A DNA stretch of 59,262 bases, filler included, from 6 parts of 6 records of this genome joined end to end with filler, not necessarily neighbours in it; one strand, 5' to 3'. Shown: positions 30,468 through 42,420, numbered from the whole stretch's first letter. Notes: generated from the letters alone by a model not told the origin. Numbers and translations are program-made.

Positions 30468-32219
30468 TTATCCTTTCTTTAAAAGCAGTTGATAGCCATA
30501 GGCTTCTATAGATATTTTATCACGGATATCTATGATATTGGATGTAAAAAGATCTACATATTGACCTTTTTGTTCATTTTTGATCATCAGTATTTTGTTT
30601 TTTGAAGAAGTATTTAGACATACGAGGACTTCCTCGTTTTCATCTTTTTTAATATATGTCAATATATCATGATCTAAAAAATGATAATCAGGTGTTTTAA
30701 ATGAAGTGTGATTTTTTCTTAATCGAATGAGTTGTTTCATAAAGTTTAACATATCAAGATCTTGCCTTGATTCATCCCATATCATTGTCCGACGGTTATC
30801 AGGGTCTTGATAACCACTCATTCCAATTTCATCACCATAATAAACATTAGGTGCACCTGCAGTTGTAAACATAAAAATATTAATAAGCTTAACAAGTCTT
30901 ATATTTTCAAACAATCTTGTTTTAATACGTGGATTATCGTGGCACCCAACCAAATTAAACATATGAGCAATCACATGTTTCGGTGTACGTGCTAGATATG
31001 AAAGCACAGTATGTTTAAAGTCAGCTAATGACATGCGATTTTCAAAAAACGACCACATCGGATATGTTAAATCATAATTCATGACACTATCCATTTGATC
31101 ACCTTGAAGCCAAGGTGCAGCATCGTCCATATTCTCACCTAAAATAAAAATATCTTTTTTGGTTTGTCTTGCGACTGTTTTGATTTTTCTTAAGAAGTCA
31201 TGGCTGATTTCATTAGATACATCTAAACGCCAACCATCAATATCACATGTTTCAATCCAATATTTAATGACACCGAGAAGATGCGCTTCTGCAAGTGGAT
31301 CTTCAGTACGCCATTTTGGCATCATTTTTGCAAAAGCAAAAGATTCGTAGTCATGTTGATCCTTTATTGGAAATTGTTTAATATAAAAACAATTTTTATA
31401 TATTGATTTATCTTGATGTTTTAAAACATCCTGAAAAAAAGCATGTTCATAGCCTGCATGATTAAATACACCATCCAACATGACTTTAATACCTAACTGA
31501 TGTGCTTGAGCAACAAGTGTTTTTAAATCCTCTAATGTGCCAAACTGTTCATCAATTTGATAGTAATCAGTTGTGTCATATTTGTGTGCAGTTGGAGACT
31601 TAAATATGGGTGTAAAATATATACCAGTAATACCTAATTCTTTTAAATAGTCAAGTTTAGCAATCACACCTTTTATATTCCCACCATAGAGTTCATGATT
31701 TTGAACTGGATGTTTATACCAAGGTAGATTCGAGTGTGAATCAACACCATAAAAACGATCAGGGAAAATTTGATACCAAATGGTATTTTTTACCCACTCT
31801 GGCGTTTGATGCATATCTTGTTCATGCATGTATGGGAAATTGAAAAAGTCTGATAAATCATGTTGTCTGTAGAGACTATCTAGATTATCAATTGGTGTGA
31901 CAAGTCTTGTTCCAAACATAAATAAAGCATCATTTTCATTTAATAAAAATGCATATTTAACCCTTTTGTTAAGCGGTTTTATTGCTATAAAATAAAAATC
32001 ATACAAATCAGTTGTATATCTTTTTTCCATGTGTTTGATATGATGAACCCAAGTATAACCGTTATCTTTTGTTTTCTTCCATTCAAATGGATCACCATAA
32101 ACAATATCTACGTTTGTGATATCATTTTTTGCAGTTCTTATTAAAATATGTAATGTGTTTTTATCATAAGTATATGCATATTCAGATTTTGGTCTATGCA
32201 TTAGTCCAATTTTATTCAT
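30468..32219 (-). CDS. Neopullulanase/cyclomaltodextrinase (GH13_20-like)
   Basis: N-terminal CBM34-like domain, WYQIFPDRF, HKYDT, DGVFNH, DGWRLDVSNE, GCHDNPR. Confidence 0.92.
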   Translation of the reverse strand: MNKIGLMHRPKSEYAYTYDKNTLHILIRTAKNDITNVDIVYGDPFEWKKTKDNGYTWVHHIKHMEKRYTTDLYDFYFIAIKPLNKRVKYAFLLNENDALFMFGTRLVTPIDNLDSLYRQHDLSDFFNFPYMHEQDMHQTPEWVKNTIWYQIFPDRFYGVDSHSNLPWYKHPVQNHELYGGNIKGVIAKLDYLKELGITGIYFTPIFKSPTAHKYDTTDYYQIDEQFGTLEDLKTLVAQAHQLGIKVMLDGVFNHAGYEHAFFQDVLKHQDKSIYKNCFYIKQFPIKDQHDYESFAFAKMMPKWRTEDPLAEAHLLGVIKYWIETCDIDGWRLDVSNEISHDFLRKIKTVARQTKKDIFILGENMDDAAPWLQGDQMDSVMNYDLTYPMWSFFENRMSLADFKHTVLSYLARTPKHVIAHMFNLVGCHDNPRIKTRLFENIRLVKLINIFMFTTAGAPNVYYGDEIGMSGYQDPDNRRTMIWDESRQDLDMLNFMKQLIRLRKNHTSFKTPDYHFLDHDILTYIKKDENEEVLVCLNTSSKNKILMIKNEQKGQYVDLFTSNIIDIRDKISIEAYGYQLLLKKG

Positions 32220-32260
32220 ATTATCACCAATGCCATTATATCATGTGTTATTTTTTTAAA

Positions 32261-32280
32261 AATGTGAAACCGCTCACATT
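32261..32280. promoter_or_regulatory. LacI/cre-type operator shared by divergent promoters
   Basis: AATGTGAAACCGCTCACATT; core TGAAACCGCTCACA matches TGWNANCGNTNWCA; flanked by extended -10s on both strands (TGATAAAAT 32302-32310 on +, TGATATAAT 32235-32243 on -). Confidence 0.75.
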
Positions 32281-32335
32281 ATTCTTTTGCTCATACATTT
32301 ATGATAAAATATGAGTGGAAGAAAAAGGTGTCAAT

Positions 32336-34027
32336 ATGATAAAAAAATGGTGGATGGAAAGCATTGGATATCAAATATATCCAAAAAGTTTTTATGATAG
32401 CAATCAAGATGGCATAGGTGATATTCAAGGTATTATTTCTAAACTAGATTATCTTCATGATTTAGGCATAGATTTGATATGGATATGTCCTGTCTATGAC
32501 TCTCCGATGGATGATAATGGATACGATGTAAGAGATTTTTATGATATCGCTGATATGTTTGGGACACTTGATGATATGAAACAATTAATTCAATGTGCTC
32601 ATGAACGAGGCATTAAGATTATTATGGATTATGTATTAAATCATACATCAGATGAACACCCTTGGTTTATTGAATCAAGAAAGTCAAAAGATAATCCTTA
32701 TCGCGATTATTATATATGGGCTGATGGTAAAGTTGTTGACCATGAAAAAGTAGAACCTACAAATTGGGGTTCGTTTTTTGGTGGAAGTTGCTGGCAATAT
32801 GATACAATCAGTCAAAGCTATTATATGAAAATATTTTCTAATAAAATGCCGGATTTAAATTGGAAAAATGAACACGTCAGACATGATATGTTAAAAATTG
32901 GTAAATGGTGGTTAGATTTAGGTGTAGATGGTTTTCGCATTGATGCAGTATCACATTTAGGTAGAATGCCATTTGAAGATATAAAAGGTTCAAACGACCG
33001 ATATCCACTTGATGCGAGCAAGTTTTCTAATTTAGATGTTGTTCATGATTATTTACGTGATATGCATACACAGTTATTTAAACCTAATGACATACTTGCG
33101 ATTGGTGAAGTTGGTGGGAATGCAGATCTTGAATCAAAATTATCATATGCAAGTTTTGATTCAAATCAATTGTCGATGGTATTCACATTTGACCATAATT
33201 GGTGTAACAACGTATTTGATATTAATCATATTAATGAATTAAAAACAAATGTTAAAGATTTAGTACGTATTTTTAATGATTGGCAAATGGCATTTAAAGA
33301 TAAAGGATGGGTGCCGCTTAATTGGTTAAATCATGATCAACCACGACTACTCAGTCATTATGGTTCAAAAAAATATCCTAAAAAATCAGCGAAAATGCTT
33401 GCGCAACTGATGTATCTTATGAGAGGCACACCGTTTTTATATCAAGGTGAAGAAATCGGTATGACTAATTATCCATTTAAAGATGTATCAACATTTGATG
33501 ACATTTCTTCAATTAACTATTTTAAATATTTAACAGAAGAAAAGTATGTGGATGAAAAACAAGCATTATTTAAAACAGCAATTAAATCTAGAGATAATGC
33601 AAGAACACCAATGCAATGGGATGATACAGATTATGCAGGGTTTTCAACAACCAAACCATGGATGCCAGTAAATCCAGATTATCAAAAAGTAAATGTTAGA
33701 CAAGCACTCAATGATAAAACATCAATTTGGCATTACTATAGACAATTGTTTGATCTTAGAAAAAATAGTAAGTATAGAGAAACAATCATCTATGGTGATA
33801 TAGCTTTTATAAGTTTAGATGATGATCAAAAAATTTTGTATAAACGTTTTGATGAAGCATATACATTACTCATGATTCATAGTTTCTCACTTCATGATAT
33901 GTACATAGATTTAACATCATATAAACATATGAAGATCATCTTATCAAATGATCAAGATCAAACAATTACAAATAAAAAACTATTGTTAAAACCTTATGGA
34001 GCAATGGTTTTAGAAGTGGAGCAATAA
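32336..34027 (+). CDS. malL: Oligo-1,6-/alpha-glucosidase (GH13_31-like)
   Basis: WW....YQIYPKSF.DSN.DG.GD, DNGYD, NHTSDEHPWF, DGFRIDAV, NHDQPR, SRDNARTPMQW. Confidence 0.85.
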   Translation: MIKKWWMESIGYQIYPKSFYDSNQDGIGDIQGIISKLDYLHDLGIDLIWICPVYDSPMDDNGYDVRDFYDIADMFGTLDDMKQLIQCAHERGIKIIMDYVLNHTSDEHPWFIESRKSKDNPYRDYYIWADGKVVDHEKVEPTNWGSFFGGSCWQYDTISQSYYMKIFSNKMPDLNWKNEHVRHDMLKIGKWWLDLGVDGFRIDAVSHLGRMPFEDIKGSNDRYPLDASKFSNLDVVHDYLRDMHTQLFKPNDILAIGEVGGNADLESKLSYASFDSNQLSMVFTFDHNWCNNVFDINHINELKTNVKDLVRIFNDWQMAFKDKGWVPLNWLNHDQPRLLSHYGSKKYPKKSAKMLAQLMYLMRGTPFLYQGEEIGMTNYPFKDVSTFDDISSINYFKYLTEEKYVDEKQALFKTAIKSRDNARTPMQWDDTDYAGFSTTKPWMPVNPDYQKVNVRQALNDKTSIWHYYRQLFDLRKNSKYRETIIYGDIAFISLDDDQKILYKRFDEAYTLLMIHSFSLHDMYIDLTSYKHMKIILSNDQDQTITNKKLLLKPYGAMVLEVEQ

Positions 34028-34028
34028 C

Positions 34029-35504
34029 ATGAAAAAATCAGGTATTTTATGTCACATTACAAGTTTGCCAAGTCCTCATGGTATCGGTACATATGGACAA
34101 GCAGCCTATGATTTTGTTGATTTTTTAGATAGAACAGGACAAACTTATTGGCAAATTTTGCCTTTAGGACCTACATCTTATGGGGATTCCCCATACCAAA
34201 CATTTTCAGCATTTGCGAATAATCCTTATTTTATTGATCTTGATATACTTGTAAAAAATAAGTTACTCGCAGAAGTCGAAATCAAGCATTTAAATGAAAA
34301 TGAAAAATATGTTGATTATGCAGCGATTTATGAAGAAAGATACATGATACTAAAAAAAGCTTTTGAAAGATTCGATCAAAATCAAGCATCATATCAAGAT
34401 TTTTGTCATAAAGAATCTTTTTGGCTCGATGATTATGCGTTATTTATGGCAATCAAAGCATCATATGATAATAAATCACTCCTTTATTGGGATGAACGCG
34501 TAAGAATCAGAGATAAGCAAACATTAGAGATATTAAAAAGAGACTTAATACACGATATTGCATTTCATAAATTCTTGCAATATGAATCTAATAGACAATG
34601 GCATGCATTAAAAGATTATGCCAATCATAAAGGAATAAAAATTATAGGTGATATGCCTATTTATGTTTCCTATGATAGTAGTGATGTTTGGGCAAATCCA
34701 AAAATGTTTCAATTAGATGAACATTTAATTCCAACTAAAGTTGCAGGTGTTCCACCAGATAATTATGCAGTTGATGGGCAATTATGGGGAAATCCTCTAT
34801 ATCATTGGCAACATTTAAAAGAAGATGGCTATCAATGGTGGATCAAACGTGTAAAAGCAGCTATGTATATGTTTGATTCAATTCGTATCGATCACTTCAT
34901 TGGATTTGTTAACTATTACGCGATACCTTATGGTGATATTAATGCTAGAAGAGGCACATGGATTAATGGTCCAGGCATTGAGGTGTTTGATGCCATAAAA
35001 AATGCACTAGGCGATGTTGATATTATTGCAGAAGATTTAGGTGTTGTGACAGATGAAGTGAAAAAAGTGCTTAAAGCATCTGGATATCCTGGAATGAAAT
35101 TGTTACAATTTGGATTTGATGCAAGTGGACATAGTGAATATTTACCGAAGTATTATCATGAGAATACGATTGCTTATACCGGTACACACGATAATATGAC
35201 AACGAAAACTTGGTATGAAACACTCAATGACAAAGATAGAGATTTTTTCTTATCATATACACAATGTCAGCCATCACAATCACCAGTTGATTGTATGATT
35301 AAAGAAGCATTATTAAGTGTATCAAAAACTGTTATTATTCCTATTCAAGATTACTTAAATCTAGGAAGTGATGCACGCATGAATATTCCATCTACACTAG
35401 GTGGTAATTGGCAATGGCGTCTTCTATCATCCCAACTTACACAAACACTAGAAGATAAAATTTTTACATTAACTCAGTCATCTAATCGATTAAAAAATAT
35501 GTGA
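34029..35504 (+). CDS. malQ: 4-alpha-glucanotransferase (GH77)
   Basis: GILCHITSLP, WQILPLGP, GQLWGNPLY, RIDHFIG, AEDLG, YTGTHDN. Confidence 0.96.
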   Translation: MKKSGILCHITSLPSPHGIGTYGQAAYDFVDFLDRTGQTYWQILPLGPTSYGDSPYQTFSAFANNPYFIDLDILVKNKLLAEVEIKHLNENEKYVDYAAIYEERYMILKKAFERFDQNQASYQDFCHKESFWLDDYALFMAIKASYDNKSLLYWDERVRIRDKQTLEILKRDLIHDIAFHKFLQYESNRQWHALKDYANHKGIKIIGDMPIYVSYDSSDVWANPKMFQLDEHLIPTKVAGVPPDNYAVDGQLWGNPLYHWQHLKEDGYQWWIKRVKAAMYMFDSIRIDHFIGFVNYYAIPYGDINARRGTWINGPGIEVFDAIKNALGDVDIIAEDLGVVTDEVKKVLKASGYPGMKLLQFGFDASGHSEYLPKYYHENTIAYTGTHDNMTTKTWYETLNDKDRDFFLSYTQCQPSQSPVDCMIKEALLSVSKTVIIPIQDYLNLGSDARMNIPSTLGGNWQWRLLSSQLTQTLEDKIFTLTQSSNRLKNM

Positions 35505-35529
35505 AATAAATATTTTGAAGTTCAAGGGA

Positions 35530-35558
35530 TTGACAAAGAAATCAAAACAACATATAAT
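35530..35558 (+). promoter_or_regulatory. Consensus sigma70/SigA promoter of acpP
   Basis: TTGACA-17bp-TATAAT, then SD AAGGAGG. Confidence 0.9.
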
Positions 35559-35586
35559 AACGTTGTTAAACTAAGGAGGAATAATC

Positions 35587-35817
35587 ATGGTATTTGACAA
35601 AATTAAAGCAATGATTAAAGAAGAACTAGGTGTCGATGAAGAAAAAATTACTTTAGCGGCAAGATTATCTGAAGATTTAGGGGCTGATTCTATTGATGCA
35701 GTTGAACTTATTATGAATATCGAAGATGAGTTTTCAATTGAAGTCAGTGATGAAGAAGCACAAAATATCAAAACTGTTGGCGATATTGTTTCATTTGTAG
35801 AAAAAACAGCGAAATAA
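35587..35817 (+). CDS. acpP: Acyl carrier protein
   Basis: 76 aa, acidic; DLGADSID phosphopantetheine Ser motif; IKTVGD. Confidence 0.96.
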   Translation: MVFDKIKAMIKEELGVDEEKITLAARLSEDLGADSIDAVELIMNIEDEFSIEVSDEEAQNIKTVGDIVSFVEKTAK

Positions 35818-35831
35818 CAACAAATAAAATG

Positions 35832-35858
35832 AACCAAATTTTAGGATTTGGTTTTTTT
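35832..35858 (+). terminator. acpP terminator
   Basis: AACCAAAT/ATTTGGTT followed by T-run. Confidence 0.7.
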
Positions 35859-35935
35859 ATTGCAAATACACTGAAACTATGGAAAAAATAGCTGTTTTTC
35901 TATATAATAGAAATTGAGTGAAAGAAGGTATGAAT

Positions 35936-38347
35936 ATGCACTATCAATTTAAAAAAATAGAAAAAAAATGGCAAAAGCATTGGCAAGACCATAAAATGTT
36001 TAAGACTGAAGAAGATGGGCACAAAGAAAAATATTATGTTTTAGATATGTTTCCATATCCAAGTGCACATGGATTACATGTCGGTCACATTGAAGGTTAT
36101 ACAGCAACAGATATTATGAGTCGTTATAAAAGAATGAATGGTTATAATGTGTTACATCCTATGGGTTGGGATGCTTTTGGTCTACCGGCAGAACAATATG
36201 CATTATCAACAGGAAAAGATCCTAAGGATTTTACATATAAAAATATAGAAAACTTTAAAAAGCAAATGATCAGAGCTGGAAAAGGTATAGACTGGAGTAG
36301 AGAGTTTGCGACAAGCGATCCAGAATACTTTAAATGGACACAATGGATATTTAAAAAATTATATGAACATGGATTAGCAGAATTAAAAGATGTTGAAGTC
36401 AATTGGTGTGAAGGTCTAGGTACCGTGCTTGCTAATGATGAAATCGAATTAAAAGATGGCCTTATGGTTTCAGAACGAGGTGGCTATCCAGTTGTCAAAA
36501 AAGCAATGAAACAATGGGTGCTACGTATTACGAAGTATGCAGACCGTTTGTTAGAAGACCTTGATTTATTATCATGGCCAGAACATTTAAAAGAAATGCA
36601 ACGTAATTGGATTGGTAAATCAGTAGGTGCAATGATGACTTTTAAAGTTGATGGAATGGACCAAAGTTTTGAAGTGTTTACAACAAGACCTGATACAATT
36701 TATGGTGCCACTTATTGTGTTTTAGCACCAGAAAATCCATTAGTATTAAATATTACTTCAGAAGATGAAATGTCTTCTGTTAAACAATATATCACAATTA
36801 CAAAACAAAAAACTGATATCGATCGTCAAGCGGATAAAACAAAGACAGGTGTATTTACGGGTGCCTATGCAATTAATCCACTTAATCATAAAAAAGTGCC
36901 GATTTGGATTGCTGACTATGTTTTACCACACTATGGGACAGGTGCAGTCATGGCAGTACCTGCACATGATGAAAGAGATTTTGAATTTGCTCAAGTACAT
37001 GGATTAGATATGATTGAAGTGATTCAAAGTGGTGAAGCAACAGGTGCATTTGTTGGTGATGGTATCCACTATAATAGTGGTATTGTTGATGGATTACACA
37101 ACGATGAAGCAAAAGCTAAAATTATTGAACATTTAGAAAAAACAAAACAAGGTTATGCACATGCAACATATAAACTAAGAGATTGGGTATTCTCAAGACA
37201 AAGATATTGGGGAGAACCTTTTCCTGCGTTATTTGATGAAGATGGACAAATCTCAATGCTAGATGATGATGAACTTCCACTTGAATTACCGATCTTAAAA
37301 AATATAAGACCATCAGGAACAGGTGAATCACCACTTGCTAACGCTCATCAATGGTTACGTGTAGAAAAAAATGGTAAGACATACCGTAGAGATACAAATA
37401 CGATGCCACAACTCGCAGGGAGTTCATGGTATTTTATGGGCTACATCTTAAAAAGACATCTTGCTTTTATTCCATTAGACAGTGATGAAGCTAAAAAGGT
37501 GTTAGACAAATGGTTGCCAGTTGATTTATATATTGGTGGTACTGAGCATGCAGTTGGACATTTACTGTATTCTAGATTCTGGACAAAGTTCTTATATGAT
37601 ATAGGTCTAGTTTCACATAAAGAACCATTTAAACGATTATTCAATCAAGGCATGATTCTTGGCGATGATCACACAAAAATGAGTAAATCAAAAGGTAATG
37701 TCGTTAATCCTGACGATGTGTTTGACTCACATGGTGCAGACACACTTCGACTTTATGAAATGTTTATGGGTCCTTTGGAAGCAGAAAAACCATGGAACAC
37801 GGATAGTTTAAATGGATCAAAAAAATTCCTTGATAGAGTATGGAGAATGTTTGAATTTGATATTGTTGATGAAGAAGTTAAAGATTTACGATTCAGTTAT
37901 CATCAAACCGTTAAAAAAGTGACGGAGGATTATGAAAGACTAGCATTTAATACAGCAATTAGTCAAATGATGATATTTGTCAACGATGTCTATAAAGTTA
38001 AAAAAATTGGGAAGAAACAAGTCAGAGGATTTTTAAAATTACTTAATCCAATTTGTCCACACATTACTGAAGAATTGAACAAAGTTGCGTTAAAACATAA
38101 TGAAGAACTCATTTATAGTGATTGGCCAACGTTTAATGCATCATATCTTGTACTTGACGAAGTACAAATTGTTGTACAGGTTAATGGTAAGGTACGTGCA
38201 AAGTTTGTAGCTGATGCTAATAGTTCAAAAGATGCATTAGAAAAACTAGCGATGAAAGAAGAAAATGTTATTAAACATTTAGATGGAAAACAAATATTTA
38301 AAGTGATCGTAATACCTAAAAAACTTGTAAATATTGTCGCAAAATAA
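35936..38347 (+). CDS. leuS: Leucine--tRNA ligase
   Basis: MFPYPS..LHVGH, FTTRPDT editing domain, [15 protein letters not shown]. Confidence 0.97.
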   Translation: MHYQFKKIEKKWQKHWQDHKMFKTEEDGHKEKYYVLDMFPYPSAHGLHVGHIEGYTATDIMSRYKRMNGYNVLHPMGWDAFGLPAEQYALSTGKDPKDFTYKNIENFKKQMIRAGKGIDWSREFATSDPEYFKWTQWIFKKLYEHGLAELKDVEVNWCEGLGTVLANDEIELKDGLMVSERGGYPVVKKAMKQWVLRITKYADRLLEDLDLLSWPEHLKEMQRNWIGKSVGAMMTFKVDGMDQSFEVFTTRPDTIYGATYCVLAPENPLVLNITSEDEMSSVKQYITITKQKTDIDRQADKTKTGVFTGAYAINPLNHKKVPIWIADYVLPHYGTGAVMAVPAHDERDFEFAQVHGLDMIEVIQSGEATGAFVGDGIHYNSGIVDGLHNDEAKAKIIEHLEKTKQGYAHATYKLRDWVFSRQRYWGEPFPALFDEDGQISMLDDDELPLELPILKNIRPSGTGESPLANAHQWLRVEKNGKTYRRDTNTMPQLAGSSWYFMGYILKRHLAFIPLDSDEAKKVLDKWLPVDLYIGGTEHAVGHLLYSRFWTKFLYDIGLVSHKEPFKRLFNQGMILGDDHTKMSKSKGNVVNPDDVFDSHGADTLRLYEMFMGPLEAEKPWNTDSLNGSKKFLDRVWRMFEFDIVDEEVKDLRFSYHQTVKKVTEDYERLAFNTAISQMMIFVNDVYKVKKIGKKQVRGFLKLLNPICPHITEELNKVALKHNEELIYSDWPTFNASYLVLDEVQIVVQVNGKVRAKFVADANSSKDALEKLAMKEENVIKHLDGKQIFKVIVIPKKLVNIVAK

Positions 38348-38356
38348 TAGATGAAT

Positions 38357-38409
38357 AAATTCACTTTATAGAAAATAAATATTTTTTCTTAAGTGAATTT
38401 TTTTATTTT
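38357..38409 (+). terminator. leuS terminator
   Basis: AAATTCACTT (38357-38366) / AAGTGAATTT (38391-38400) followed by T-rich tail. Confidence 0.65.
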
Positions 38410-38509
38410 NNNNNNNNNNNNNNNNNNNNNNNNNNNNNNNNNNNNNNNNNNNNTTAATTAATTAANNNNNNNNNNNNNNNNNNNNNNNNNNNNNNNNNNN
38501 NNNNNNNNN
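38410..38509. other. Artificial contig spacer
   Basis: N44-TTAATTAATTAA-N44. Confidence 0.99.
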
Positions 38510-39258
38510 TCATCCATACTCATGGGGTAGCAGGCATTGACAATGGTGAAGCCTAAATCAATCACAAACCGATAAAACTGAGAGAACGCCTCCTTTGCCT
38601 GATCTTTGAATGTCTTAAAAGCGTTTTGATTCTTGGAGATTTTGGATGTTAGAGCCAGGACGCTTTCCCCGCTTCCCGTATATCGGTTGATCCCGAGATT
38701 TGCAGAAGGGTAGAGTCCGGCGGACTCAAAGATGGGCAACGCCTTTTCAATACCGGTGATCACACCGGGAAGTCCTCGCATTTTTTCATGTCGATCTCCG
38801 TTGGCGGAATCAATGCTGATCCAGAAATTTCTGACGCCGCTGCCGGCCAGCTTTTCTGCCAAGGGGATGACCCGTTTTTTGAACTTATCGTCATCCCCGG
38901 TGTGTCTGAGAAGAAACCCATTGGTGCCGGTTCGGATGTAAGGAATGCCTGCCGCCGATGCATGACGGATCATCTCGATGAGCGCATCGGCATAGAGAAA
39001 GGGTTCGCCGCCGGTAAACGAGATCGCTTTCACCCCGTTTTCTGCGGCACGATCGATGATTTCTTTGATTTCATCCACTTCCAACGTGGTTCGTGGAAAT
39101 TTGTTGGTTACCCGCATGCCGCATTGTCCGCATGTGGCATTGCAGGCATCGGTGATTTGAACGATCAACTGCCCCGGTGCGAGGGTCAGTCGTTTTGAGG
39201 GAAATCGCTTTCGCTTTCCCTTATTGCCAAGCGTGGGATGCTGATGAGGAATGAACAT
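38510..39258 (-). CDS. Radical SAM protein, 3' truncated by contig end
   Basis: CNATCGQC (CxxxCxxC), SFTGGEPF, TGTNG, WISIDS; start codon uncertain, overlaps upstream gene by 38 nt. Confidence 0.9.
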
Positions 39259-41958
39259 GATTTAGACTCGCTTTTTTGGATTTTTCTCCATTGACAGGGG
39301 AGGGAACGACCCTGTTGGTTGATAGATAAACGGATGAATGCATCAAATCGGGCGTGAAAGTAAGCTCGAAATTTTCCATATACTCGTTTTCAAAGGTGTC
39401 ATCCGCTTGCGTCGATCCATCCGGGTAGGTGGATTGATCATCGAATTGGTCATCTTTTCCGTACGCCACATCGGAATGGCCGGTAGAACCATATGGGAGC
39501 TCTTTACCGAAATCGTCCATGGCCCGATTCAGTGGGTGTTGGTCATTGAGAGATAGCATCTGTTCCATGGATTCCGGTATTCCTCCGTTCAGGATATCTT
39601 CCAGGGCGGCATCCCATGAAAAATTCTCTTTTACGTAGCGTCCGGCTCTTTCGGAAATCGCCTGAACTTGGTCGGGGTGTATGGCTTTGAGATCGATAAA
39701 CTGATGAACCCTCTGAACCCACTGCTCCTGATCATCCCATGGGATCACGAAACCGGTCGCTCCATGCGCCAGGATTTCCTGGGGGCCGCCCACATCCGTC
39801 ACAAGAACCGGCAATCCGCACGCCTGGGCCTCCACAACTACCATTCCGAAGGTGTCGGTGGTGCTGGGGAAGACAAAGAGATCAGAGCAGGTGTAGAATT
39901 CCATCAACTGATCAGAGGGGATACGACCGGTGAAAAAGGCTCGATCATAGGATCCGAGAATCTCTTTCAGTTCCTCCAGATCCGGGCCGTCTCCGCAGAT
40001 CACCAGGTTGGTGTCCGGACGGGTTTTCACCACCTCTTTATAGATATCCGCCAGAAAATGAATCCGTTTGTCTTTGCTGATTCGACCGGCATACATCAAG
40101 GTATAGCCATGGGAAATGCCATGTTTCTCAAGAAATTCTTCTTTATCCTGATCTGAAAAAACCGGTGGGTGGATCTCAAATCCCCGCTTTAGGACATTCA
40201 TTTTTTCAAATTCATATCCCTGATCTTCCAGAATTTTGATGTACTCTTTGGTGGGCACCCGAATTTCATCGGTGCAGGCATAAAACCAGCGGATATATTT
40301 ATTGATCAAGGAGGCGATATCTTCATCGTTAAAAATGTATTCCGCCTGATAGGCAAAATCGGTGTGGTAGATGGAGGTGCATGAAATCCCCATGAGACGA
40401 GACATCAACAGGCCCAAGAGTCCTACCGGACCGGGGGTGGAGATGATAATTTTTTCGGGACGATACTTGTAGATCATTTCCACGGAATGAAGGATCGAGG
40501 GGATTCTGAGGGTGTAGGCATCGTAAAAGTTAGGCGTGTGGGTGAAAATCGTCGGCAGATTGAACGCATTGGGCAGCAGCGTATGTTCACTGCTTTCCGG
40601 TAAACAAACGGCAAACTGGATGGGAAGATTTCGCTCATGGGCACTTCGCATGTAATTTCTGAGGTTGATGGCAACGCCGTTGAGATCATCAAAAGTGTCG
40701 GTAAACCAGAGCAGGCGTTTGTGTGCATTTCCGGTTTCTGGGATGTACTGATCTTCAAGCCGGCCAATGAGATCCCGATCCAGAAACAGGTGCTTCAGGG
40801 ATGAAAAGAAGGGGAGGGAGAGGAACATCACCGGCAGGGAGGATGAAAGGTTTTTAAAGACCCGTCCGGCATCGCCGTTTCCGAAATCCTTGATCAGCGA
40901 TTCAAACACCATGGCCAGATACCCGTCCAACAGCGTGGCCATGCTTTTGTAGATTCGCTCCATGCGATCTTCGACGCTCATCTCTTTTTCATCGTCGTTG
41001 CTTCCCCACGCCTGGATGTCATCGAAAAAGCGAAGGAAAATTTTATCTTTGACTTCCTTTCCCCGTTTGATCTTCCTGCGAGCCATCCAGCTTTTGAAAC
41101 TGTTGTCTTTGGTCCCTTTAAAAAGCAGGGTATTGATGATCTCTCGAATGGTGGAAGTGTCGTGGTTGTTTTTGCTTTGGGAATAATCACAGAAAATCTT
41201 ATAGATGGAGAAGGCAAAAGATTTGAAGTCGTTACAGCGTCCGGTGCAATGTGTTTTTTTTCACGAATACTGTTGATAAACGCTTGTTTGGTATTGCCGT
41301 TGAGGGAGGTAGTGAATGTCTGAGCGATAAACAGACCGGCATGATCGTCGGACCCGCCGGTGAGTCCTTTACGCCACGGATCCCGTGTCATGGGGACGAT
41401 GCCGTGCTTTTGAACCAGCCGGTCAATGGTTTCAGGGGTCAGATGCATCAAGACCGCCTGCCAGGTTTCGTTGTAGAGACGGTTTCGAGCGCCGTTGAGC
41501 CCTTCAAATACGTCAAACATGAGGATCAGCTTTTCCAGGGTGTCGAGATCGATCTTTTTGTTGACGCTGTATGTCGCATGGGCCACGGAGTGGGCCAAGT
41601 TCTCGGTAAACAGGTACCGGCGAAGGGCGTAGATGTTTTTTCTGAGCCCATCGATTTTTATGAACTGTTTCGGGGTGATATCGTAGACAAGGATATGAAT
41701 TTTGCACTTGTTCTCAGGAAAATAGGTGGTGACCTCAACGCTGATAAAGGTATCCTCGGGATACTTGGAAACCAGCTCCAATGCCCCTTCGATGGTATTG
41801 TGATCCGTCACCGTTACGTAAGTCATTCCCTGTTCCTTGGCTTTGGCATACAAAGAATCGATATCGGTATACGATTCCCTGGCCCCGACCTTCTGGAGAA
41901 ACCATTCCGATGGTCTTTTGGATGCCGTGGAGTGAACATGTAGGTCCGTACAAATCAT
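39221..41958 (-). CDS. PHP phosphoesterase-domain / GT4 glycosyltransferase fusion (about 912 aa once one frameshift is repaired)
   Basis: PHP motifs DLHVHS, TDHNT, VAH, GGSDDH; GT4 motifs FTDTFDDLNGVA, YAGRISKDK, DTFGMVVVEAQACGLP; adding one base to the T8 run near 41254-41261 makes one continuous ORF. Confidence 0.88.
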
Positions 41959-42033
41959 TTGTTTTTCCTCTATTAAGTGTCATGATCCTTAGGTTTTGGA
42001 AACTGATTTATTTGGCCATCTATATCGCCCTTT

Positions 42034-42074
42034 TGTGAGATTAGTATTAACGTTATGTTTGAAGTTGATGTGAC
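42034..42074 (-). promoter_or_regulatory. Candidate Pho-box-like direct repeats upstream of PHP-GT4
   Basis: Minus strand GTCACA-N5-TTCAAA and CAAACA-N5-TTAATA-N5-CTCACA (11-bp periodicity); -10-like TATAGA 9 bp downstream. Confidence 0.4.
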
Positions 42075-42420
42075 GTCTTTACTCTTATATAGGCTATGAT
42101 GCTCATTTATATATGGCTCAAACTCAATCAATCTGCTATGCTTGGGCTTAGGCTTGCAAGAAGGGCTGATGCGATCCCGATTCAGGTTTTAAATCCGCCC
42201 CATGAAGGTGAAAAATCTGTAGGAAGGGAATAGAAATGAGCAAAGTGTAAATTGTGGATTTACAACCCTGGTTCAGGCAGAAGATCAAGGAGGATACCTT
42301 CAATCACTTTCAAAGAGTAGCTCCGTTTGTGTCACAGAGTACCCAACTGAGATAAACATGAAAATCCGGGGAGTTGTACATGAGAGGGGTTTCAATAATC
42401 TCGGGCAGGATGGATTCAAT

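Noticed and set aside
35818-35935. T-box upstream of leuS
   Set aside because: Intergenic region is too short and holds only the acpP terminator and a -10 element
19717-38409. Mollicute genetic code 4 (TGA=Trp)
   Set aside because: Long ORFs are complete under code 11, Trp is TGG, and malQ ends in TGA
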